64,000 nt of DNA from Squalus acanthias (lineage: Eukaryota): assembly GCA_030390025.1 (NCBI GenBank), contig CM059432.1, positions 110,982,001 through 111,046,000 on the forward strand. The letters run 5' to 3'. The position numbers and the translations under genes were made by a program. Under the pieces are notes generated by a model. That model was not told the DNA's origin. It made no database searches and saw only the letters and a list, made by a program, of their open reading frames with translations. Of this stretch, positions 13,215 to 24,800 are shown one piece after another. Positions within the stretch are counted from its first letter, which is position 1. The number at the start of each line of letters is the position of its first letter.

Positions 13215-13459
13215 ATTATTGTCTGTTTATGAAGAATATCTTGGTCAGTTGCATTCAACGTCACAACAACACTGCCTATTGGGATGTTCTCCGGTTGTTG
13301 TTGGGTCTGGATTGAAAACTGGTGGCTTATTCACATCAAGAACTGTGACTTGCACTGTGGCGGTGGAGCTGGAACCATAACTGATCTCGGACATAATTGG
13401 GTCTTCGTTTTCCACCTTAATCAACATGTGTGAAATGCAGATCTTTCATAATCCAAAAA
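13215..13459 (-). pseudogene. cdh13: Cadherin-13 (T-cadherin)-like internal exon with two frameshifts
   Basis: Acceptor atttcag| and donor |gtaagt. Across three frames it reads [11 protein letters not shown] / [41 protein letters not shown] / [26 protein letters not shown]. This matches the CDH13 exon I recall as [53 protein letters not shown]...[20 protein letters not shown]. Confidence 0.85.
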
Positions 13460-13649
13460 CTGAAATAAATTACATTTAAAAATGTTGTAGTTACTCAATA
13501 CATCTGATCACACGACTTTTGCAAATGTTATTGCATTCACCTTATAACGGTTGGGTCCCTCTAGTTGGTTATTTATGCTCGTGGTTTCGCGCCAGCAACT
13601 GTTGTGTGAGAACTTCCAAGAACCAGGGGGCCACCTGTGAGCAGACGAA

Positions 13650-14382
13650 TGGGGGAACCCAAGGCGGAGAAGAGGAGGAGCCCAGGGCGGGGATGACGAG
13701 GAGCCATGGGCGGGGAAGAGGGGGAGCCCAGGGCGGGGAAGAGGGGGAGCCCAGGGCGGGGAAGAGGGGGAGCCCAGGGCGGGGAAGAGGAGGAACCCAG
13801 GGCGGGGAAGAGGAGGAGCCCAGGGCGGGGAAGAGGGGGAGCCCAGGGCGGGGAAGAGGAGGAGCCCAGGGCGGGGAAGAGGAGGAGCCCAGGGCGGGGA
13901 AGAGGGGGAACCCAGGGCGGGGAAGAGGGGGAACCCAGGGCGGGGAAGAGGGGGAACCCAGGGCGGGGAAGAGGAGGAACCCAGGGCGGGGAAGAGGAGG
14001 AGCCCAGGGCGGGGAAGAGGGGGAGCCCAGGGCGGGGAAGAGGAGGAGCCCAGGGTGGGGAAGAGGAGGAGCCCAGGGCGGGGAAGAGGGGGAACCCAGG
14101 GCGGGGAAGAGGGGGAGCCCAGGGCGGGGAAGAGGAGGAACCCAGGGCGGGGAAGAGGGGGAGCCCAGGGCGGGGAAGAGGGGGAGCCCAGGGCGGGGAA
14201 GAGGGGGAGCCCAAGGCAGGGAAGAGGAGGAACCCAGGGCGGGGAAGAGGGGGAGCCCAGGGCGGGGAAGAGCGGGAGCCCAGGGCGGGGAAGAGGGGGA
14301 GCCCAGGGCGGGGAAGAGGGGGAGCCCAGGGCAGGGAAGAGCGGGAGCCCAGGGCAGGGAAGAGGGGGAGCCCAGGGCAGGA
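13650..14382 (+). repeat. 22-bp G-rich minisatellite (GAGCCCAGGGCGGGGAAGAGGG), about 33 units
   Basis: Directly visible tandem repeat with GAG/GGG and GAA/GAG variants. Copy number is estimated from length. Confidence 0.97.
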
Positions 14383-14534
14383 GAGCAATTTGCAGAGAGA
14401 AAGCCAGAGGTGGGAGGAACTTTGATTCCACCAGTAACTAATGGTAACTCTATAAAACTGGTAGCCCTCAGATTCCCATCAGAACCAACAGTAATACAAT
14501 AACTCACTGATCGTCTATATGTAACTGGTAGTAA

Positions 14535-14706
14535 AACATAGAAGATAGGAGCAGGAGTAGGCCTTTCGGCCCCTCGAGCCTGCTCCGCCATTCGATGAGA
14601 TCATGGCTGATCATCCAAACTCAGTACCCTGTCCCTGCCTTCTCCCCATATCCCTTGATACCTTTAGCTTTAAGAAATATATCGAACTCATTCTTGAATA
14701 TATTTA
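14535..14706 (-). mobile_element. CR1 LINE 3' tail
   Basis: FKNEFDIFLKAKGIKGYGEKAGTGY*; nearly the same as 6873-7050. Confidence 0.88.
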
Positions 14707-15030
14707 TAGTAACATAGTAATAGGTGTAACGCCCCGATATCCTACCTGTAACTAGTAATCCGAAAACCCGCTGATGTTCACCCTGAAACTGTAGCCCGAA
14801 TCTCCCTGCACTGCACAAGGTGTGGTCAGGCTCCCAGTCAATGCCACATTTAACAGGCCCCATCGCTCTCTATCGCCTCGGACTCTGGTTTGGTCTCCAG
14901 TTCCATGTGAAGGTGAAATCGCTGAACTGGGAGCCTCAGTCAGAACTGGTCTCTACTTGGACTTCACACGTCAAAACTGGGCGGCACAGACCGACCTGAA
15001 CCAAACAGAGAGATTGCACAAAAGACCGAA

Positions 15031-15488
15031 AGAAAGACTTGCATTTATATAGCGTCTTTCATCACCTCAGGAGGTCCCAAAGTACTTTACAGCCAATGAA
15101 GTACTTTTGAAGTGTAGTCACTGTTGTAATGTAGGAAATGCGGCAGCCAATTTGCGCACAGCAAGCTCCCACAAACAGCAATGTGATAATGACCAGATAA
15201 TCTGTTTTAGTGATGTTGATTGAGGGATAAATATTGGCCAGGACACCGGGGATAACTCCCCTGCTCTTCTTCGAAATAGTGCCATGGGGTACTTTACATC
15301 CACCTGAGAGAGCAGACGGGACCTCGGTTTAATGTTTCATCCGAAAGACAGCACCTCCGACAGTGCAGCACTCCCTCAGTACTGCACTGGCGTGTCAGCC
15401 TAGATTTTGTGCTCAAGTCTTTGGAGTGGGACTTGAACCCACAACCTTAATTAGAGGCAAGGGTACTGCCCACTGAGCCACAGCTGAC
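15031..15488 (-). mobile_element. Full-length SacSINE1/DeuSINE-like tRNA-derived SINE
   Basis: A box TGGCTCAGTGG (15470-15480), B box GGTTCAAGTCC (15429-15439), central Deu-like domain, tail GCTATATAAATGCAAGTCTTTCTTT. Confidence 0.85.
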
Positions 15489-15580
15489 AGTGGGTTCAGT
15501 GTTTGGGGCACTTTTCACAGGGCACATCGTCCTAAATTCGAAACCACACCCTTAACTCAGTCTCAATAAAGGAGAGTTTT

Positions 15581-15800
15581 CATAGAATTATAGAAATTAA
15601 AACACAGGAGGTGGCCATTTGGCCCCTGGAATCTGTGCTGGTGCTGGTGCTGGTGCTGTAAACCCCATTCCCTCAGATCAGTTTATATTCCCCCTTTTCA
15701 AATATTTATCCCATTCCCTTTTGAATTAAATTTTAGTCACTACCTCAATAGCCACATGTGGTGAAGGAACTCATGGTTTAATAGCCCTCAGTTCAAAACA
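15581..15800 (-). mobile_element. Old CR1 3' tail
   Basis: catagaattatagaa...aggtggccatttggccc pattern, heavily diverged. Confidence 0.55.
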
Positions 15801-15869
15801 TTCTGGTTCCCCACACCCACTCGCATTCCATTCTCCCGCTCCTGTGCCCCAATCTACACTCGCCAAACC

Positions 15870-18800
15870 GCCATCCCCGGATTCTCCCATCCCCAGTCTC
15901 CCTCTCCACCCCGAGCTCCTAGTCTCCCCTCTCCCCCTCTATCCCAGATCACCCATTCCCCAGACTCCCACACCTCGATTCCCCCATTCCCCAATTCCTC
16001 TCTCCCTGAGCCCTCATTCCCAGTCTCCCCCTCACCCCGAGCCCCCATTCCCCAGTCTCCCTCTCCCCCGAGCCCCCATTCCCCAGTCTCCCTCTCTCCC
16101 CGAGCCCCCATTCTCTAGTCTCCCTCTCTTCCCCGAGCCCCCATTCCTGTTTCCCTCTCTTCCTCGAGCTCCCATTTCCCAGTCTCATTTTCTCCTCCCG
16201 AGCCCCCATTCCCCAGTCTCCCTTTCTCCCCGAGCCCCATTCCCGTTTCCCTCTCTTCCCCGAGCCCCCATTCCTCAGTCTCCCTCTCTCCCCCAAGCTC
16301 CCATTCCCCAGTCTCCCTCTCTTCCCCAAGCCCCCATTCCCCAGTCCCCCTCTAATCCTCGAGCCCCCATTCCCCAGTCTCCCTCTCTTCCCCGAGCCCC
16401 CATTCCCGTTTCCCTCCCTTCCCCGAGCCCCCATTCCCCAGTCTCCCTCTCTCCCCAAGCCCCCCATTCCCAGGTCTCCCTCTCTCCCCCTGAGCCCCAT
16501 TCCCCAGTCTCCCTCTCTCCCCGAGCCCACATTCCCAGTCGCCCCCTCTCCCGAGCTCCCATTCCCCAGTCTCCCTCTCTCCCCGAGCCCCCATTCCCGT
16601 TTCCCTCTCTTCCCCGAGCCCCCATTCCTCAGTCCCCCTCTCTTCCCCGAGCCCCCATTCCCCAGTCTCCCTCTCTCCCCGAGCCCCCATTCCCAGGTCT
16701 CCCTCTCCCCCAAGCTCCCATTCCCAGTCTCCCTCTCTCCCCGAGCCCCCATTTCCCAGTCTCCATCTCCCCCTGAGCCCCCATTTTCCCAGTCTCCCTC
16801 ACTTCCCCGAGCCCCCATTCCCTGATCTCCCCTCTCTACCTGAGGCCCCATACCCACAGTCTCACTCTTTCTGCCAAGCCCCTTTCCCCAGTCTCCTCTC
16901 CCCCAAGCCTCCATTCCCCCACTCTCCCTCTCTCCCCGAGCCCCCATTCCCCAGTCTCCCTCTTTCCCCGAGCCCCATTCCCCAGTCTCCCTCTCTCCCC
17001 GAGCCCCCATTCCCCAGTCTCCCTCTCTCCCCGAGCCCTCATTCCTCAGTCTCCCTCTCTCCCCCCGAGCCCCCATTCCCCACCTCTCCCTCTCTCCCCG
17101 AGCCCCCATTCCCCAGTCTCCTCTCCCCCCGAGCCCCTCATTCCCCAGTCTTCCTCTCTCCCGAGCCCCCATTCCCCAGTCTCCCTCTCTCCCCGAGCCC
17201 CCATTCCCTAGTCTCCCACTCTCCCCGAGCCCCCCATTCCCCAGTCTCCCTCTCTCCCCGATCCCCCATTCCCTAGTCTCCCACTCTCCCGAGCCCCATT
17301 CCCCAGTCTCCCTCTCCCCCCCGAGCCCCCATTCCCCAGTCTCCCTCTCTCCCCGAGCCCCCTTCCTAGTCTCCCAACTCTCCCGAGCCCCCATTCCCCA
17401 GTCTCACTTTCTCCCGCCCGAGCCCCGATTCCCCAGTCTCCCTCTCTCCCTGAGCCCCCATTCCTCAGTCTCCCCTCACTTCCCCGAGCCCCATTCCCTG
17501 GTCTCCCTCTCTACCTGAGCCCCCATCTCCCCAGTCACCCTCTCTCCCCCATTCCTCAGTCTCCCTCTCTCACCGAGCCCCCATTCCTCAGTCTTCCTCC
17601 CCCCGATCCCCCATTCTCCAGTCTCCCTCTCTCCCCCCGAGCCCCCATTCCCCAGTCTCCCTCTCTCCCCGAGCCCCCATTCCCTAGTCTCCCACTCTCC
17701 CCGAGCCCCCATTCCCCAGTCTCCCTTGCTCCCCGAGCCCCCATTCCCCATTCTCCCTCTCTCCCCGAGCCCCCATTCCCCATTCTCCCTCTCTCCCCGA
17801 GCCCCCATTCCCCAGTCTCCCTCTCTCCCGAGCCCCCATTCCCTAGTCTCCCATTCTCCCCGAGCCCCCATTCCCCAGTCTCCCTTTTTCCCTGAGCCCC
17901 CATTCCCCAAGCTCCCTCTCCCCCGGAACCCCCATTCCCCAGTCTCCCTCTCCCCCGGAACCCCCATTCCCCAGTCTCCCTCTCTCCCCCCGAGTCCCCA
18001 TTCCCCAGTCTCTCTCTCTCCCCGAGCCCCCATTCCCCAGTCTCCCTCTCTCCCCGAGTCCCCATTCCCCACTCTCCCTCTCTCCCCGAGCCCCCATTCC
18101 CCACTCTCCCTCTCTCCCCGAGCCCCCATTCCCCAGTCTCCCTCTCCCCCCCGAGACCCCATTCCCCAGTCTCCCTCTCCCCCCGAGCCCCCATTCCCCA
18201 GTCTCCCTCTCTCCCCGAGCCCCCATTCCCCAGTATCCCTCTCTCCCCGAGCCCCCATTCCCTAGTCTCCCACTCTCCCCGAGCCCCCATTCCCCAGTCT
18301 CCCTTGCTCCCCGAGCCCCCATTCCCCATTCTCCCTCTCTCCCCCGAGCCCCCATTCCCCAGTCTCCCTCTCTCCCCGAGCCCCCATTCCGCAGTCTCCC
18401 TTTCTCCCGCCCGAGCCCTGATTCCCCAGTCTCCATCTCCACCCCGAGCCCCCATTCCCCAGTCTCCATCTCCACCCCGAGCCCCCATTCTACAGTCACT
18501 CTCTCCCCAAGCTCTCATTTCCCAGTCTCCCTCGTTCCCTCGAGCCCCCATTCCCCAGTCTCCCTTTTTCCCCCGAGCCCCCATTCCCCAGAATCCCTCT
18601 CTCCCCGAGCCCCCATTCCCCAGTCTCCCTCACTTCCCCGAGCCCCCATTCCTGGTCTCCCTCTCTACCTGAGCCCCCATTCCCCAGTCTCCCTCTCTCC
18701 CACATTCCTCAGTCTCCCTCCCCCCGAGCCCCCATTCCCCAGTCTCCCTCTCTCCCACATTCCCCAGTCTCCATGTCTACCTGAACCCTCATTCCCCAGT

Positions 18801-21800
18801 CTCCCTCTCCCCCAGAACCCCATTCCCCAGTCTCCCTCTCCCCCGGAACCCCCATTCCCCAGTCTCCCTCTCCCCCGAGCCCCCAGTCTCCCTCTCTCCC
18901 CGAGCCCCCATTCCCCAGTCTCCCTCTCTCCCCGAGCCCCCATTCTCTAGTCTCCCACTCTCCCCGAGTCCCCATTCCCCAGTCTCCCTCTCCCCAAGCC
19001 TCCATTCCCCAGTCTCCCTCTCTCCCCGAGCCCCCATTCTCTAGTCTCCCACTCTCCCCGAGCCCCATTCCCCAGTCTCTCCCTCTCCCCTGAGCCCCCA
19101 TTCCCCAGTCTCCCTCTCCCCTGAGCCCCCATTCCCCAGTCTCCCTCTTTCCCTGAGCCCCCATTCCCCAGGCTCCCTCTCTCCCTGAGCCCCCATTTCC
19201 TAGTCTCCCTCTCTCCCCAAGCCCCCATTCCCCAGTCTCCCTTTCTCCCGCCCGAGCCCCGATTCCCCAGTCTCCATCTCCATCCCGAGCCCCCATTCTA
19301 CAGTCACTCTCTCCCCAAGCTCTCATTTCCCAGTCTCCCTCGTTCCCTCGAGCCCCCATTCCCCAGTCTCCCTTTTTTCCCCGAGCCCCCATTCTCCAGT
19401 CTCCATCTCCACCTCGAGCCCCATTCCCCAGTCTCCCTCTCTCCCGAGCCCCCATTCACCAGTCCCGAACCCACGAGCCCCCATTCCTAAGTCTCCCTCA
19501 CTTCCCCGAGCCCCCATTCCTGGTCTCCCTCTCTCCCCGAGCCCCCATTCCCTAGTCTCCCACTCTCCCCGAGCCCCCATTCCCCATTCTCCCTCTCTCC
19601 CCGAGCCCCCATTCCCCAGTCTCCCTCTCTCCCCGAGCCCCCATTCCCATTCTCCCCTCTCTCCCCCGAGCCCCCATTCCCCAGTCTCCCTCTCTCCCCC
19701 GAGCCCCCATTCCCAGTCTCCCTTCTCCCCAGAGCCCCCATTCCCCAGTCTCCCTCGCTCCCCGAGCCCCATTCCCAGTCTCCCTCTCCCCCCGAGCCCC
19801 CATTCCCCAGTCTCCCTCTCTCCCCGAGCCCCATTCCCAGTCTCCCTCCTCTCCCAGCCCCCAATCCCAGTCTCCCTCTCTCCCGAGCCCACATTCCCAG
19901 TCTCCTCCTCTCCCCCAGCCCCCAATCCCTGGTCTCCCTCTCTCCCTGAGCACTCATTCCACAATCGCTCTCTCTCCCAGAGCCGTCATTCCCCAGTCTC
20001 TCTCTCTCCCCGAGCCCCCATTCCCAGTCTCCCTCACTTCCCCAATTCCCCATTCCCCAGTTTCCATCTCTACCTGAACCGCCATTCCCCAGTCTCCCTC
20101 TCTTCCCCGAGCCCCCATTCCCATTTCCCTCTCTTCCCCGAGCCCCCATTCCCCAGTCTCCCTTGCACCCTCGAGCTCCCATTTCCCAGTCTCCTTTTCT
20201 CCTCCCGAGCCGCCATTACCCAGTCTCCCTCTCTTCCCCGAGCCCCCATTCCCCAGTCTCCCTCTCTTCCCCGAGCCCCCATTCCCGTATCCCTCTCTTC
20301 CCCGAGCCCCCATTCCTCAGTCTCACTCTCTCCCCCGAGACCCCATTCCCCAGTCCCCCTCTCTCCCCAAGCTCCCATTCCCCAGTCTCCCTCTCTCCCC
20401 GAGCCCCCATTCCCCAGTCTCCCTCTCTACCTGAGCCCCCATTCCCCAGTCTCCCTCTCTCCCACATTCCCCAGTCTCCATGTCTACCAGTCTCACTCTC
20501 CCCTGGAACCCCCATTCCCTAGTCTCCCTCTCCCCCGGAACCCCCATTCCCTAGTCTTCCTCCCCCCGATCCCCCATTCCCCAGTCTCCCTCTCCCCGAG
20601 CCCCCATTCCCCAGTCTCCCTCTCTCCCCGAGCCCCCATTCCCTAGTCTCCCTCTCTCCCCCGAGCCCCCATTCCCCACTCTCCCTCTCTCCCCGAGCCC
20701 CCATTCCCCAGTCTCCCTCTCTCCCCGAGCCCCCATTCTCTAGTCTCCCACTCTCCCCGAGCCCCCATTCCCCAGTCTCCCTCTCTCCCCCTGAGCCCCA
20801 TTCCCCAGTCTCCCTCTCTCCCCGAGCCCACATTCCCAGTCTCAATCTCTCCCCGAGCCCCCATTCCCCAGTCTCCCTCTCTCCCCGAGCCCCCATTCGC
20901 CAATCGCCCTCTGTCCCCGAGCGCACATTCCCAGTCTCCTCCTCTCCCCCAGCACCCAATCCCCAGTCTCCCTCTCTCCCCGAGCCCCCATTCTCCAGTC
21001 TCCCTCTCTCCCCGAGCCCCCATTCCCTAGTCTCACTCTCTCCCCGAGCCCCATTCCCCAGTCTCCCTCTCTCCCCGAGCCCATCCCCAGTCTCCCTCTC
21101 TCCGACCCCCCATTCCCCAGTCTCCCTCTCTCCCGAGCCCCCATTCCCCAGTCTCTCTCTCTCTCCCCGAGCCCCCATTCCCCAGTCTCCCTCTCTCCCC
21201 GAGCCCCCCATTCCCCAGTCTCTCTCTCTCCCCGAGCCCCCTTTCCCCAGTCTCTCTCTCTCCCCGAGACCCCATTCCCCAGTCTCCCTCTCTCCCCGAG
21301 CCCCCATTCCCAGTCTCTCTCTCCCCGAGCCCCCATTCCCCCGTTCCCCTCTCTCCCAGAGCCGCCCATTCCCCAGTAGCTCCCTCTCTCCCCGAGCCCC
21401 CATTCCCCAGTCTCCTCTCCCGAGCCCCATTCCCCCAGTCTCTCTCTCTCCCCGAGCCCCCATTCCCCGATCTCTCTCTCCCGAGCCCCCATTCCCCAGG
21501 TCCTCTCTCCCCGAGCCCACATTCCCAGTCTCAATCTCTCCCTCAAGCCCTGATTCCCCAGTCTCCCTCACTTCCCCAATCCCCCATTCCCCAGTCTCCC
21601 TCACTTCCCAATCCCCCATTCCCCAGTCTCCCTCACTTCCCCAATCCCCATTCCCCAGTCTCCCACACTTCCCCAATCCCCCATTCCCCAGTCTCCCTCA
21701 CTTCCCCAATCCCCCATTCCCCAGTCTCCCTCACTTCCCCAATTCCCCTATCCCCAGTTTCCATCACTACCTGATCCGACATTCCCCAGGCTCCCTCTCT

Positions 21801-24800
21801 TCCCCGAGCCCCCATTCCCCAGTCTCCCTCTCTTCCCCGAGCCCCCATTCCTGTTTCCCTCTCTTCCTCGAGCTCCCATTTCCCAGTCTCCTTTTCTCCT
21901 CCCGAGCCCCCATTCCCCAGTCTCCCTTTCTCCCCAAGCCCCATTCCCATTTCCCTCTCTTCCCCGAGCCCCCATTCCTCAGTCTCACTCTCTCCCCCCG
22001 ATCCCCCATTCCCCAGTCTCCCTCTCCCCGAGCCCCCATTCCCCAGTCTCCCTCTCTCCCCGAGCCCCCATTCCCTAGTCTCCCTCTCTCCCCCGAGCCC
22101 CCATTCCCCAGTCTCCCTCTCTCCCCGAGCCCCCATTCCCTAGTCTCCCACTCTCCCCGAGCCCCCATTCCCCAGTCTCCCTCTTTCCCCGAGCCCCCAT
22201 TCCCTAGTCTCCCACTCTCCCCGAGCCCCTATTCCCCAGTCTCCCTCTCTCCCCCAAGCTCCCATTCCCCAGTCTCCCTCTCTCCCCGAGCTCTCATTTC
22301 CCAGTCTCCATCTCCTCCTGAGCCCCCATTTCCCAGTCTCCCTCTCTCCCCGAGCCCCCATTCCCCAGTCTCCCTCACTTCCCCGATCCCCCATTCCCCA
22401 GTCTCCATCTCCCCCTGAGCCCCCATTCCCCAGTCTCCCTCTCTCCCCGAGCCCCCATTCCCCAGTCTCCCTCACTTCCCCGATCCCCCATTCCTGGTCT
22501 CCCTCTCTACCTGAGCCCTCATTCCCCAGTCTCCCTCTCTCCCACATTCCCCAGTCTCCCTCTCTCCCGATTCCCCATTCACCAGTCCCGAGCCCCCGAG
22601 CCCCCATTCCTCAGTCTCCCTTTTTTGCCCGAGCCCCCATTCCCCACTCTCCATCTCCACCTCGAGCCCCCATTCCCCAGTCTCCCTCTCTCCCGAGTCC
22701 CCATTCACCAGTCCCGAGCCCCCGAGCCCCCATTCCTCAGTCTCCCTCACTTCCCCGAGCCCCCATTCCTGGTCTCCCTCTCTCCCCGAGCCCCCATTCC
22801 CTAGTCTCCCACTCTCCCCGAGCCCCCATTCCCCAGTCTCCCTCTCTCCCCCTGAGCTCCATTCCCCAGTCTCCCTCTCTCCCCGAGCCCACATTCCCAG
22901 TCTCAATCTCTCCCCGAGCCCCCATTCCCCAATCTCCCTCTCTCCCCGAGCCCACATTCCCAGTCTCCTCCTCTCCCCCAGCACCCAATCCCCAGTCTCC
23001 CTCTCTCCCCGAGCCCTCATTCCCCAATCGCCCTCTCTCCCCGAGCTCTCATTTCCCAGTCTCTACCTTTGAGCCACCATTCCCCAGTCTCCCCCGAGCC
23101 CCCATTCCCCAGTCTCCCCCGAGCCCCCATTCCCCAGTCTCCCCCGAGCCCCCATTCCTCAGTCTCCCTCACTTCCCCGAGCCCCATTCCTGGTCTCCCT
23201 CTCTACCTGAGCCCCCATTCCCCAGTCTCCCTCTCCCCCGAGCCCCCATTCCCCAGTCTCCATCTCTCCCCGAGCCCCATTCCCCAGTCTCCCTCTCTCC
23301 CCGAGCCCCCATTCTCTAGTCTCCCACTCTCCCCGAGTCCCCATTCCCCAGTCTCCCTCTTTCCCTGAGCCCCCATTCCCCAGTCTCCCTCTCCCCAAGC
23401 CTCCATTCCCCAGTCTCCCTCTCCCCTGAGCCCCCATTCCCCAGTCTCCCTCTCCCCAAGCTTCCATTCCCCAGTCTCCCTCTTCCCCTGAGCCCCCATT
23501 CCCCAGTCTCCCTCTCCCCTGAGCCCCCATTCCCCAGTCTCCCTCTTTCCCTGAGCCCCCATTCCCCAGTCTCCCTCTCCCCTGAGCCCCCATTCCCCAG
23601 TCTCCCTCTTTCCCTGAGCCCCCATTCCCCAGGCTCCCTCTCTCCCTGAGCCCCCATTCCGCAGGCTCCCTCTCTCCCTGTGCCCCCATTCCCCAGTCTC
23701 CCTTTCTCCCGCCCGAGCCCCGATTCCCCAGTCTCCATCTCCACCCCGAGCCCCCATTCTACAGTCACTCTCTCCCCAAGCTCTCATTTCCCAGTCTCCC
23801 TCGTTTCCTCGAGCCCCCATTCCCCAGTCTCCATCTCCACCTCGAGCCCCCATTCCCCAGTCTCCCTCTCTCCCGAGTCCCTATTCACCAGTCCCGAGCC
23901 CCCGAGCCCCCATTCCTCAGTCTCTCTCACTTCCCCGAGCCCCCATTCCTGGTCTCCCTCTCTCCCCGAGCCCCCATTCCCTAGTCTCCCACTCTCCCCG
24001 AGTCCCCATTCCCCAGTCTCCCACTCTCCCCGAGCCCCCATTCCCCAGTCTCCCTCTCTCCCCGAGCCCACATTCCCAGTCTCCCCCTTTCCCCGAGCTC
24101 CCATTCCCGTCTCCCTCTCTTCCCCGAGTCCCCATTCCCCAGTCTCCCTCTCTCCCCGAGCCCCCATTCCCCAGTCTCCCTCTCTCCCCCTGAGCCCCAT
24201 TCCCTAGTCTCCCTCTCTCCCCGAGCCCCCATTCCCGTTTCCCTCTCTTCCCCGAGCCCCCATTTTCCAGTCTCCTTCTCTTCCCCGAGCCCCCATTCCC
24301 CAGTCTCCCTTGCACCCTCGAGCTCCCATTTCCCAGTCTCCTTTTCTCCTCCCGAGCCCCCATTACCCAGTCTCCCTCTCTTCCCCGAGCCCCCATTCCC
24401 CAGTCTCCCTCTCTTCCCCGAGCACCCATTCCCGTTCCCTCTCTTCCCCGAGCCCCCATTCCTCAGTCTCACTCTCTCCCCCGAGCCCCCATTCCTCAGT
24501 CTCCCTCCCCCCGAGCCCCCATTCCCCAGTCTCCCTCTCTCCCACATTCCCCAGTCTCCATGTCTACCTTAACCCCTATTCCCCAGTCTCCCACTCCCCC
24601 GAAACCCCCATTCCCTAGTCTCCCTCTCCCCCGGAACCCCCATTCCCTAGTCTTCCTCCCCCCCCGAACCCCCATTCTCCAGTCTCCCTTTTTCCCTGAA
24701 TCCCCATTCCCCAGTCTCCCTCTCCCCCGGAACCCCCATTCCTCAGTCTCCCTCTCTCCCCCCGATCCCCCATTCCCCAGTCTCCCACTCTCCCCGAGCC

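Noticed and set aside
13508..14591. Collagen-like or RGG-like ORFs
   Set aside because: Products of the 22-bp minisatellite, open on both strands.
15420..15488. tRNA gene (also 39044-39115)
   Set aside because: The A/B boxes are SINE heads continuing into SINE bodies, with no proper cloverleaf.
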